Part shown: in pieces, positions 24,024 through 33,046 of the stretch | Numbering within the stretch: position 1 is the stretch's first letter | How the letters are laid out: each line of letters opens with the position of its first letter | DNA from: Gaiellaceae bacterium | Lineage (GTDB): Bacteria; Actinomycetota; Thermoleophilia; Gaiellales; Gaiellaceae | Assembly: GCA_036276015.1 (NCBI GenBank) | Contig: DASUCN010000011.1 | Span: 16,057-80,056 of the forward strand | Length of the DNA stretch: 64,000 nt | Reading direction: 5' to 3' | The notes under the pieces: model-generated | Seen by the model: the letters and a program-made list of their open reading frames with translations, nothing else | Databases searched by the model: none | What the model was told of the DNA's origin: nothing | Program-made: the position numbers and the translations under genes

Positions 24024-25414
24024 CACTGCACCTCCAGGTCGAAGCGGTCGACGAATGCCCCTGCAGGAGTCGAGCCGAGCCGATAGAGCGATCGCCCGAC
24101 GAGCTTGAACCGGCCGAGCGGGGCCGTTTCGGCCCAGTCGGACGCCTCGAGCGCGAAGCGCTGCACGAGCCCTTCGCGGCGGAGGACGAGGACCACGAAC
24201 TCGGCGGAAGACTCCTCGTACACGCGGAGTACGATCACGAGCCGCTGGCCCCGCGGCTCGGCGAGCTGGACCTCTCCCAGCGGCGTCTGGCTCGTCACGC
24301 GCCACGAGCGCGTGACGGCCGTGCCCGACACGATGGCGGCTCGGAGCTCGCTCCCGTTCCGGTAGACGACGACCTCGGAGCCACCTGGCACCGTGCGTTC
24401 CGAGCGGCCGTGGCGGAGCTGCTCGGCCGGCGACGCGGGCCCGCCGTCGAGCTCGACCGGCGTCCAGTGATGAGAAGGCTGCGAGAGCACGAGCGGTCCG
24501 CCGGGCGAGCGCCGGATCTGGGAGGCGCCTCGCTCCGCCGTCTCGATCGCCTCGAGCTCTCGTCCGCCCTCGTCGTACCGTCGCACGAGCGGGTTGCGTC
24601 CCCGTTGCGGAACCGACTCGAGAATGTAGAGCGTGCCGTCGGCGCTCGCCGCGAGGTCTGCGATCGTCCCGCTGACCGAGACCGGGACGCGTGCTGGCGT
24701 TCGCCGGCCTCGGTCCCAACGGAGAACGCGTCGGTGAGCCTGGTCGAGTAGGAACACGCTGCCCGCCGGGTCGACGTCGAACGCTGAGGCGCCCACCGGG
24801 CTCGCGCCTCGTCCACCCTCGAGGCCGACCTCGGTGGTGCCGGAGCCCCAGCCTGCGGACGCGACACGCGCGAACGGGGGACTGGAGCGACCGAATCGAT
24901 GCAGGCCCAGCTCGATCTCCACGGGAGCCCGGAGCCGACGGGAGACGTGTGGTGCGTCTGCACCCCCCGCTGGGAGGACGACACTCCGATCGACGTCGGG
25001 CGCCTCGATGACCGCGTAGTACTCGAATCCCGACGGGTGCGAGGCGAGCGCGTCCGGCACTGCGCTCGCGAGCTGAAGGATTCCGTTCGTGGTACGCGGC
25101 GCCAAGGGGATCGCGGTGAACCCGTCGTCGCCGACCGGCCGTGCGAAGACCGTGCCGCGGGCGAGACATCGGTCCTCGCCGCTCGTGGACGCACCCGCAG
25201 CGCAGTGGACCTCGTACGCGAGCTCCGGGTGCTCACCGGGAAGCGTGAGGAGGGGCGGGAGGTGTGTTGCGTCCAGCACGGCGGTCGCGGGCAGGTCGGG
25301 CTGTACCGCGGCGCTCCCGGCGAGGGAGCCGGCTCCGGTTCCGGCGACCGCGCCGAGCAGGAGTCCGAGCGTCACGAGCAGCGGGCGGGTGTGGCGAAGG
25401 GCGTGTAGTCGCAT
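24023..25414 (-). CDS. Secreted protein of unknown function (beta-rich)
   Basis: The ATG is preceded by AAGGAG with a 6-nt spacer. The signal peptide is LLVTLGLLLGAVAGTGAGSLAGSAA. No motif was recognised. Confidence 0.7.
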   Translation of the reverse strand: MRLHALRHTRPLLVTLGLLLGAVAGTGAGSLAGSAAVQPDLPATAVLDATHLPPLLTLPGEHPELAYEVHCAAGASTSGEDRCLARGTVFARPVGDDGFTAIPLAPRTTNGILQLASAVPDALASHPSGFEYYAVIEAPDVDRSVVLPAGGADAPHVSRRLRAPVEIELGLHRFGRSSPPFARVASAGWGSGTTEVGLEGGRGASPVGASAFDVDPAGSVFLLDQAHRRVLRWDRGRRTPARVPVSVSGTIADLAASADGTLYILESVPQRGRNPLVRRYDEGGRELEAIETAERGASQIRRSPGGPLVLSQPSHHWTPVELDGGPASPAEQLRHGRSERTVPGGSEVVVYRNGSELRAAIVSGTAVTRSWRVTSQTPLGEVQLAEPRGQRLVIVLRVYEESSAEFVVLVLRREGLVQRFALEASDWAETAPLGRFKLVGRSLYRLGSTPAGAFVDRFDLEVQ

Positions 25415-25516
25415 GTCGCACTCCTTGTTTTCGAATACGACAACGATAGAGCCCGTTGAACGGTCCGAGCGCCACTGCGACTGAATCGGCGCTCTCTTGT
25501 GACGGTTACGTGAGCG

Positions 25517-27526
25517 TCAGCGCTTGCTGGGCACGCGGGTCAGCTCGCGCTGCAGTCGGCGTGCGCGCTTCGCAACCGTGTCGCGGAGCTGGCGAGGCTC
25601 GAGGACGACGGTCTCTCCGCGATCGGCGAGGACCTCGGACAGGAGCCACTCCTCCGTCTTGTAGGGCACCTCTGCCACCGCCGATCCGTCCGTCAAGGGT
25701 CGGGCTCCGCGCTCGAGCTTCCAGCGGGCGACGTCCGGTGAGTGGAGGAGCCGCGCAACACGCGGATCGCGCAGGTACGAAGGGTCGAATCCGTGACGCG
25801 CCTCGAAGCGGTCTCCGGTGAGCCGCGCCGACCGCATGCGGTCGAGCCGGAACGTACGGGGTGCATCGACGCTCAGGTCCCACGTGTGCACGCGCCACAC
25901 GGGGAGTTCGCGCTCGATGGTGTAGGGCTCGACCCGTCGGAAGCTGGGCGCGTCGTCGCCCTCCTTCAGGTACTCGATCTCGACCACGAGGCGCTTCTCG
26001 ACTCCTTCCGAGAGAACCCCGACGAGGGTCTCCTCGGCCGACCCGTCACGCGGCTCGGGTGTCCCGGCGAACTCGAAGCGACCGAACGTCTCCTCGAGCT
26101 TCTTGCGAACGCGCTTGAGCGGCGTGTGAGCGTCGGCCGCGATCGTGGGGCCGACGTACTCCATGGCGAGGTGGATGGCCCGCGCCTCGAGCGGTGTCAG
26201 CTTCGGCGGGCGACGGAAGACGTCCCCGTAGAGCTCCTTCTCGACCCGTACCACGTCACCGTCGTGCTCGGCGTACACGGCGTAGCACCCGCCGCCGAAG
26301 TTGACGAGGTTCAGCAGCGAGAGATGATCCTGCAGCTCTTCCACAGGGATGGAGAACCGCGCCGCCACCTCGGACGCGTCGAGTGTTGCCGACCGCTCGT
26401 CACCGCACGCCGCGAGGAGGTGTGCGAGGAGGGCTTGCAGGACGCCGAAGCGCTCCGGGGCGACAGGCCCGGTCGGTCGCTCCGGCAGCGGTCGACGCGG
26501 GTCCGTTCGTTTCGGCCCCGCGATGCTCGGTGCGTCACCGTCGTGTGCCTCGACGAGCACGCCGAGGGCCGAGTCGACCGCGTCGACGAGTTCGCCGGGC
26601 TCGAGCGGTACCGCGCGCCCGTTCTGGCGGAGTACCCATCCGGCGAGGAGCTCGACGTTGGCGAAGTCGGTCTCGAAGATGCCGTCGTCGACGACCCCCG
26701 CGTCCGAGAGCGTCCGCTCGACCCACCAGGCGGTGTCCTCGGACACCGCGATACGCGCCCGTCCGACGATCTCGCCGATCTGCCACGGCCGCGGGATGCG
26801 GTGCTTCTCGACGTCGAAGTCGGGCGGGATCCGGAAGTCGCGCTCGCGGCGCGTCGCGAACCGGATGTCGCCGCGGATGCGCGACACCTTGAAGGTTCGA
26901 ATCGTTCCGCGATCGAGGTCGTGACCGACGACGTACCAGTTGCCCTCGTCCAGGCGGAGTGCGTACGGGTTCATCGAACGCTCGCCGGGGCGAGCGCGCC
27001 TCGGGCTCCAGTACCCGAACCGCACGGTGCGTTGCTTCGAGATCGCCGATTCGAGCTTGGCGAGCCGTCCCGCCAGCTCCGGCGAGTAGTCGGGCGCGCT
27101 GACCCGGACTCGCTCGGCGGTTCCGGTCGGTGGCTCCGCGAAGCCTGCACGTCCGAGTGCGAGGTTCTGCAGTGCCAGGCGGAAGGGCTCTGCATAGGCG
27201 AACTTCCCTTCCAGGTAGTACAGCGCCGTCTGGAGCGCCGCGAGCTCGTCGTCGTCGAGGTCGAGGCGCTCGAGGAAGTAGTTCTCCGAGCGCAGGGTGT
27301 AGAGCTCCTCGCCGGTGAACTCGTCGCGCTGGGACTGCAGCGGGACGCCGAGCGCAGTGAGCTCGGCGCGGTCGCTGTAGAACCGGCGCGCGAACGCCTC
27401 GTCGGACATCTCGCTGTACCCCTCGACGTTCGACTTGACGTCGCGGGCGGTCAGCAACCGGCGCTCGGCCATGAGGAACGCCACGAGCGAGAGCTGCCGG
27501 ATGAGCTTGTCGGCGTCGTGCGACAC
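25517..27526 (-). CDS. Fused tandem HTH-WYL regulator (PafB/PafC-like in a single polypeptide)
   Basis: There are two successive modules. Module 1 has an HTH N-terminus and the WYL strand GNWYVVGHDLDRGTIRTFKVSRI. Module 2 has LSLLNLVNFGGGCYAVYAE and a second WYL-like strand, WRVHTWDLSVDAPRTFRLDRM. The start is GTG. Confidence 0.8.
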   Translation of the reverse strand: MSHDADKLIRQLSLVAFLMAERRLLTARDVKSNVEGYSEMSDEAFARRFYSDRAELTALGVPLQSQRDEFTGEELYTLRSENYFLERLDLDDDELAALQTALYYLEGKFAYAEPFRLALQNLALGRAGFAEPPTGTAERVRVSAPDYSPELAGRLAKLESAISKQRTVRFGYWSPRRARPGERSMNPYALRLDEGNWYVVGHDLDRGTIRTFKVSRIRGDIRFATRRERDFRIPPDFDVEKHRIPRPWQIGEIVGRARIAVSEDTAWWVERTLSDAGVVDDGIFETDFANVELLAGWVLRQNGRAVPLEPGELVDAVDSALGVLVEAHDGDAPSIAGPKRTDPRRPLPERPTGPVAPERFGVLQALLAHLLAACGDERSATLDASEVAARFSIPVEELQDHLSLLNLVNFGGGCYAVYAEHDGDVVRVEKELYGDVFRRPPKLTPLEARAIHLAMEYVGPTIAADAHTPLKRVRKKLEETFGRFEFAGTPEPRDGSAEETLVGVLSEGVEKRLVVEIEYLKEGDDAPSFRRVEPYTIERELPVWRVHTWDLSVDAPRTFRLDRMRSARLTGDRFEARHGFDPSYLRDPRVARLLHSPDVARWKLERGARPLTDGSAVAEVPYKTEEWLLSEVLADRGETVVLEPRQLRDTVAKRARRLQRELTRVPSKR

Positions 27527-27585
27527 GACTTCCGAGCCTAGCGATAACGCGCGTCAGGCGATTCGAGCGTCTTTGCGCCTGCGCG

Positions 27586-27611
27586 ATCCGGATCCGCTCG
27601 CGGATACGGGT
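27586..27611. repeat. Intergenic hairpin repeat, copy D (degenerate: atccggatccgc-tc-gcggatacgggt)
   Basis: It shares the CCGGA(A/T)TCCGC...GCGGAT core with copies A, B and C. It lies in the 101-bp gap upstream of the WYL regulator. Confidence 0.45.
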
Positions 27612-27627
27612 CTTGCGCAAGAAACAG

Positions 27628-28080
27628 TCAGGCTGCGACGACTGCGGCTTGCTCGAGGTGCTGGTGCGAGGGGCAGTAGTCCCGGCTGGGCAGCGGCGTC
27701 CGCTGGCAGGCTTTGCCCTTGCGCGTGGTGGCGTGACAGCGGGCGACGCCGCCGTCGAGCAGCCCCGCCTCGACCTGCTGCTCGATGAACGAGGTTGCCG
27801 CGGCGACTCCCTCTCGCACCGACCACGCCACTTGTGCCTGGGCCGTGATCGGGAAGTACCGTCGGATGTCGGCGAACAGCGCGCGGTCCGGACGGGCGAA
27901 GTAGTGGGGATCCTCCGCGAGCCGCGCCATCGTCCGCTCGCACTCGAGGAGCACCGAACGCCGGAACGCGAGTTGCTCCTCTCGCGATGCGTACGGGTCG
28001 ATGAGGTCCTTTATCGATCGGTAGATCGCTCGCGAGTATTGATACATACACGAGCGAAGCTGGGCTGCGTGATCGTCCAA
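27628..28080 (-). CDS. Hypothetical protein with a C-terminal Cys/His cluster (CHATTRKGKACQRTPLPSRDYCPSH)
   Basis: The composition is protein-like. The start is TTG 28080, with ATG 28047 as an alternative. The C-x9-C-x11-C-x2-H arrangement suggests a small zinc-binding knuckle. Confidence 0.5.
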   Translation of the reverse strand: MDDHAAQLRSCMYQYSRAIYRSIKDLIDPYASREEQLAFRRSVLLECERTMARLAEDPHYFARPDRALFADIRRYFPITAQAQVAWSVREGVAAATSFIEQQVEAGLLDGGVARCHATTRKGKACQRTPLPSRDYCPSHQHLEQAAVVAA

Positions 28081-28117
28081 GTGCCCTCGTCGATCTCCCG
28101 GAATTCCGTTCTACAGT

Positions 28118-28146
28118 GCGAAAAAGGAGCGAAGCTTGCGCTTCGC
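28118..28146 (-). terminator. Intrinsic terminator downstream of the SPOR-domain gene
   Basis: Read on the minus strand, the stem-loop is GCGAAGC-GCAA-GCTTCGC, followed by TCCTTTTTCG. It lies in a locally AT-richer gap. Confidence 0.6.
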
Positions 28147-28219
28147 ACGGAGAGTGTAGCGCCTTTTCCGCCGTGTTACAAAGTCGCCTCTCCCTGTCGT
28201 CCGAGAAGACAACCCCGCG

Positions 28220-28780
28220 CTACGGCACGACGCGACGGACGACCGCCGTTCGCGATGCACGGCGGGCGACCTCGAGAGCGCTCGTGGCCTCTGCCTCGGA
28301 CGAGTAGACGCCCGAGAACACGATCCAGTACCCCGGATGCAGGCTGGCGTAACGCGACGAGTCGAGCACGCCGACCTGCGGGAGGTTCTTCGCCCTGGCC
28401 CTCCGCGCGCGTGTGAGAGCGGCGGCACGGCCCGACGTCTGCGGGAGAGATGCGAGTGCGATCGTCCAGCCCTCCTGCTCGGCTGGCCACTCGGCGACGC
28501 CCGACGGTCCGATCGGTGCCTCTCCGGTGGTGCTCTGCGGCGCGGTCGCGAAGCCGCCGGTCGCGGTGACGACCTCGTTCGCATCCGCTTGATTCCCCGT
28601 GAGCGCCACTGCGGCGCCTGCGCCGATCAGCGCGACAACGCCCGTCGCAACGGCTCTGCGTGCCCATCCCGTGCCTGTGCGCGGGCGCAGCCGCGAGGGG
28701 TCTGCGATCCGGGCTCCGCAGGCGAGGCAGTACTCCTGGCCCGAGGCGAGCGGCTCGCGGCAGCGCGGGCAGGTCGTCAT
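28220..28780 (-). CDS. Zinc-ribbon / single-TM / SPOR-domain (septal peptidoglycan-binding) protein
   Basis: The N-terminus has CPRC...CLAC, followed by a TM helix (AVATGVVALIGAGAAVAL). The C-terminal SPOR-like module is GWTIALASLP...RAKNLPQVGVLDSSRYASLHPGYWIVFSGVY. Confidence 0.75.
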   Translation of the reverse strand: MTTCPRCREPLASGQEYCLACGARIADPSRLRPRTGTGWARRAVATGVVALIGAGAAVALTGNQADANEVVTATGGFATAPQSTTGEAPIGPSGVAEWPAEQEGWTIALASLPQTSGRAAALTRARRARAKNLPQVGVLDSSRYASLHPGYWIVFSGVYSSEAEATSALEVARRASRTAVVRRVVP

Positions 28781-29151
28781 CCGACGGCGTCGGCGCCCGT
28801 GGGCCGCGGATCGACGGTGCCGCCGCCCAGCGACCTGCCGCAGCTGGCGCAGAACTTCGCGCCGAGCAGGATCGGGGCTCCGCAGATGCAGACGGCCCCG
28901 CCGCCACCCCGGCGCACGAGCGCACTGCCGTCGAGGAGCGCGTCGATCTCCTGGACGCGAGCCTCGAGCGCGACGAGCTCCGCGCAGCGCTCGACCACGA
29001 GTCCCGCGTTGAAGCGGTCGCGCTTGTACATCTCGAGCGCGAGACCTCCCAGGTCGCGAAGCCGCTCCTCGCGGATCTCGAGGAGCGCCTTGCGCTCGCT
29101 CTTCAGCTCGCGCGGAGGCGGGACGACGTATGAGCCCGGCTTGTCTGGCAC
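28777..29151 (-). CDS. Coiled-coil protein with a C-terminal zinc ribbon
   Basis: The start is GTG. The helical N-terminal half is followed by CICGAPILLGAKFCASCG. The stop overlaps the next start (ATGA). Confidence 0.6.
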   Translation of the reverse strand: MPDKPGSYVVPPPRELKSERKALLEIREERLRDLGGLALEMYKRDRFNAGLVVERCAELVALEARVQEIDALLDGSALVRRGGGGAVCICGAPILLGAKFCASCGRSLGGGTVDPRPTGADAVG

Positions 29152-29160
29152 CCGGTCAGC

Positions 29161-30588
29161 CTAGAGCTGGAGGACGACGAGCCGCTCCTCGGTCATCTCG
29201 CGGACCGCGTACGCAGGCCCTTCGCGCGTGTTCCCCGAGTCCTTGACGCCGCCGTACGGCATCTGGTCGGCGCGGAACGTCGGTGCCTCGTTTACGGTCA
29301 CGCCCCCGAACTCGAGCTCGCGCGCCGCATGCAGCGCGGCCTTCACGTCGGCCGTGAAGATCCCAGCCTGAAGCCCGTAGCGTGTCCCATTGGCGAGTGC
29401 GATCGCCTCGTCGAGCGAATCGTACGGAGTCACCGTGCACAGAGGTCCGAAGACCTCCTCGCACGAGACCTTCGCCTCGGCGGGCGCGTCGACGATCACG
29501 GTGGGTCGGAGGAGCTCGCCCTCGAGCTCACCGCCGGTGAGGACGCTCGCGCCCCGGGCACGTGCCTCGGCGATCCACTCGAGCACTCGGTCGCGCTCAC
29601 CCGGCGCGATCAGGGGCCCGACGTCGGTCGCTTCGTCGGCCGGGTCGCCCACCACGAGCGCGTCGACTCGCGGGACGAATCGCTCCAGGAACCCGTCGTA
29701 CGCCGAGCGCTCGACATAGACCCTCTGAACGGAGATGCAGCTCTGACCGGCGAACGAGAACGCGTGTGCGGCAAGGCGCGCGGCGACGTCGTCGAGATCG
29801 GCGTCGGCCGCGACGATCACGGGCGTCGCGTTCCCGAGCTCGAGGTTCACGCGCTTCCGCGGTGCGCGCTCGCGGAGCTTCCAGCCGACCCCTGACGAGC
29901 CCGTGAAGGTGATGAGCGCGACGCGCTCGTCTTCGACGAGGACGTCGCCGACCTCGGCGGCCGGGCCGCACACGACATTCAGCCAGCCCGGCGGGAGCCC
30001 GGCCTCGGTCTCGAGCTCTGCGAGCAGCAGTGCGGAGAGCGGAGTCTGCGACGCCGGCTTGAGGACAACCGCGCAACCGGCTGCGAGCGCCGGTGCGACC
30101 TTGTGCGCGACGAGGTTGAAGGGGAAGTTGAAGGGAGAGATCGCTCCGACGACCCCGATCGGCAGGCGCAACGTGAGCCCCACCTTTCCGGCCCCCGCGG
30201 GCGACGCGTCCATCGGGACCACGTGACCTGCGAGCTTGCGAGCCTCCACCGCCGCCATCGTGAACGTCGAGCGCGCGCGCGCGGCTTCGATTCGTGCCGC
30301 CTTCAGGGGCTTACCCGCTTCCGCGCAGATCGTCCGCGCGATCTCCTCGGCGCGTTCTTCGACGAGCTGCGCGGTGCGGTCGAGGATCGTCGCACGCTCG
30401 TGCGCCTCGAGCGGGCTCGCCATGGCGCGCTCGGCTGCATCGACGGCGCGGCGAGTCTCCTCGGCGCCACCTCGCGCTACTCGACCGACGAGCGAGCCGT
30501 CGTACGGGGAGCGAACCTCGAGCCAGTCGCCGGTCTCGATCCACTCACCGTCGACGAGGAGTTTGCGCTCGGCCGCGGTGGTTGCCAT
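29161..30588 (-). CDS. NAD(P)+-dependent aldehyde dehydrogenase
   Basis: It has the catalytic Glu in ELGN and the catalytic Cys in FSFAGQSCIS, plus FTGSSGVG. Confidence 0.95.
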   Translation of the reverse strand: MATTAAERKLLVDGEWIETGDWLEVRSPYDGSLVGRVARGGAEETRRAVDAAERAMASPLEAHERATILDRTAQLVEERAEEIARTICAEAGKPLKAARIEAARARSTFTMAAVEARKLAGHVVPMDASPAGAGKVGLTLRLPIGVVGAISPFNFPFNLVAHKVAPALAAGCAVVLKPASQTPLSALLLAELETEAGLPPGWLNVVCGPAAEVGDVLVEDERVALITFTGSSGVGWKLRERAPRKRVNLELGNATPVIVAADADLDDVAARLAAHAFSFAGQSCISVQRVYVERSAYDGFLERFVPRVDALVVGDPADEATDVGPLIAPGERDRVLEWIAEARARGASVLTGGELEGELLRPTVIVDAPAEAKVSCEEVFGPLCTVTPYDSLDEAIALANGTRYGLQAGIFTADVKAALHAARELEFGGVTVNEAPTFRADQMPYGGVKDSGNTREGPAYAVREMTEERLVVLQL

Positions 30589-30626
30589 GCGCGGAGTCTA
30601 GATGCCCGTTCTCTATGCTCTGAGCC

Positions 30627-31793
<1,167 letters not shown>

Positions 31794-31931
31794 CGCGCAT
31801 GGACGAGGCGATGCGTAGTCGCGTCCACGTGCACCGCGAGGTTCAAGGTTGATGGCGCCCCGCGCGGCTGGAAGCGTATGCGTGAGTATCAGCTACGCTG
31901 ATCGACTGACTGAATACTCCGACTGGTGCTG

Positions 31932-32072
31932 ATGAACCTGAGCGTGCATCATGAGGTCATGTTCGGAGCCATCCTCATCACGCTCATCGCAGTCTTCCTC
32001 CTGCTCGTGTACCTCGCTGGCGCAGATTCCCGGGTCGACGACGTCGCCCGGCGCCGCCGCTACAACGGCTGA
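31932..32072 (+). CDS. Possible 46-aa single-TM micro-protein
   Basis: It is not in the ORF track because it is shorter than 60 aa. The sequence is MNLSVHHEVMFGAILITLIAVFLLLVYLAGADSRVDDVARRRRYNG. GC3 is high, there is one clear TM helix and the tail is basic. No clear SD is present. Confidence 0.3.
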   Translation: MNLSVHHEVMFGAILITLIAVFLLLVYLAGADSRVDDVARRRRYNG

Positions 32073-32118
32073 CACTCGTCCGAGCGAGCCCGTTCCTCCC
32101 GGGTAGGATCGCTGAGTC

Positions 32119-32979
32119 GTGACCGTCCCGGAGGTTCGCCGCATCGGTGTCGTCGGCCTCGGCGCCATGGGCGCCGGGATCGCGCAACTGGCGATCGAGG
32201 CCGGGTACGAGACGGTCGGGCGCGAGGTGTCGGACGAGCTCGGCGCGAAGGCACGCGACCGGATCGCGCACTTCCTCCGGCGCAAGGTGGAGAAGGGGCA
32301 GTTGGACGCCGACGCGCGCGAGGCGTCGCTCTCGTTGCTCTCGACGACGACCGCGCTGGACGATCTCGCCGCCTGCGACCTCGTGATCGAGGCGATCGTG
32401 GAGGACCTCGACGCAAAGCTCCAGCTGTTCTCGGCACTCGAGGGCATCGTGCGTCCCGAAGCGATTCTGGCCACCAACACGTCGGCCCTGTCGGTGACCG
32501 AGATCGCCGCGAGCACCTCCACTCCGGAGCGGGTCGTCGGAATGCACTTCTTCAACCCGGCGCCGCTCATGCCGCTGCTCGAGATCGTGCGCGCCGAGCT
32601 GTCGGCGGACGATGCGGTCGAGGCCGCGTACGCGGTCGGTGTCCGGATGGGGAAACGCCCTATCCGCTGCCACGACACGCCCGGATTCGTCGTCAACCGC
32701 GTCCTCATCCCGCTCCTCAACGACTGCATCCGCGTGCTCGACGACGCACGGGTCTCCCCCGAGGATCTGGATACGGCGATGACGGCTGGCGCCGGGTGGC
32801 CGATGGGGCCGTGCACGCTCGTCGATCTCGTCGGCATCGACGTGCACGTCCATGCGTCGGAAGCGCTGTACGAGAAGCTGCGAGAGCCGCGAATGGCACC
32901 GCCGCCGCGCATCGTCGCAATGAAGAACGCCGGTCTGCTCGGACGGAAGAGCGGACGGGGCTTCTACGCGTACGACTGA
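32119..32979 (+). CDS. hbd: 3-hydroxybutyryl-CoA / 3-hydroxyacyl-CoA dehydrogenase
   Basis: The Rossmann motif is VVGLGAMGAGIAQ. Other family motifs are FFNPAPLMPLLEIV and PGFVVNRVL. Confidence 0.95.
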   Translation: MTVPEVRRIGVVGLGAMGAGIAQLAIEAGYETVGREVSDELGAKARDRIAHFLRRKVEKGQLDADAREASLSLLSTTTALDDLAACDLVIEAIVEDLDAKLQLFSALEGIVRPEAILATNTSALSVTEIAASTSTPERVVGMHFFNPAPLMPLLEIVRAELSADDAVEAAYAVGVRMGKRPIRCHDTPGFVVNRVLIPLLNDCIRVLDDARVSPEDLDTAMTAGAGWPMGPCTLVDLVGIDVHVHASEALYEKLREPRMAPPPRIVAMKNAGLLGRKSGRGFYAYD

Positions 32980-33046
32980 CCCGCGCCCACGAAACGGCGC
33001 GCGACGACCTCGCGTGGTGTGGGGCCGCGGCCGCCCGCCCGAGCGG

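Noticed and set aside
25415-25516. Possible cell-wall-hydrolase-associated riboswitch (ydaO/c-di-AMP type) upstream of the secreted / NlpC-P60 operon.
   Set aside because: Only ~100 nt are available. Part of that is a GAGCGCC...GGCGCTC stem that more likely terminates the WYL regulator gene. I could not recognise the conserved riboswitch core by eye. A covariance-model scan would be needed.
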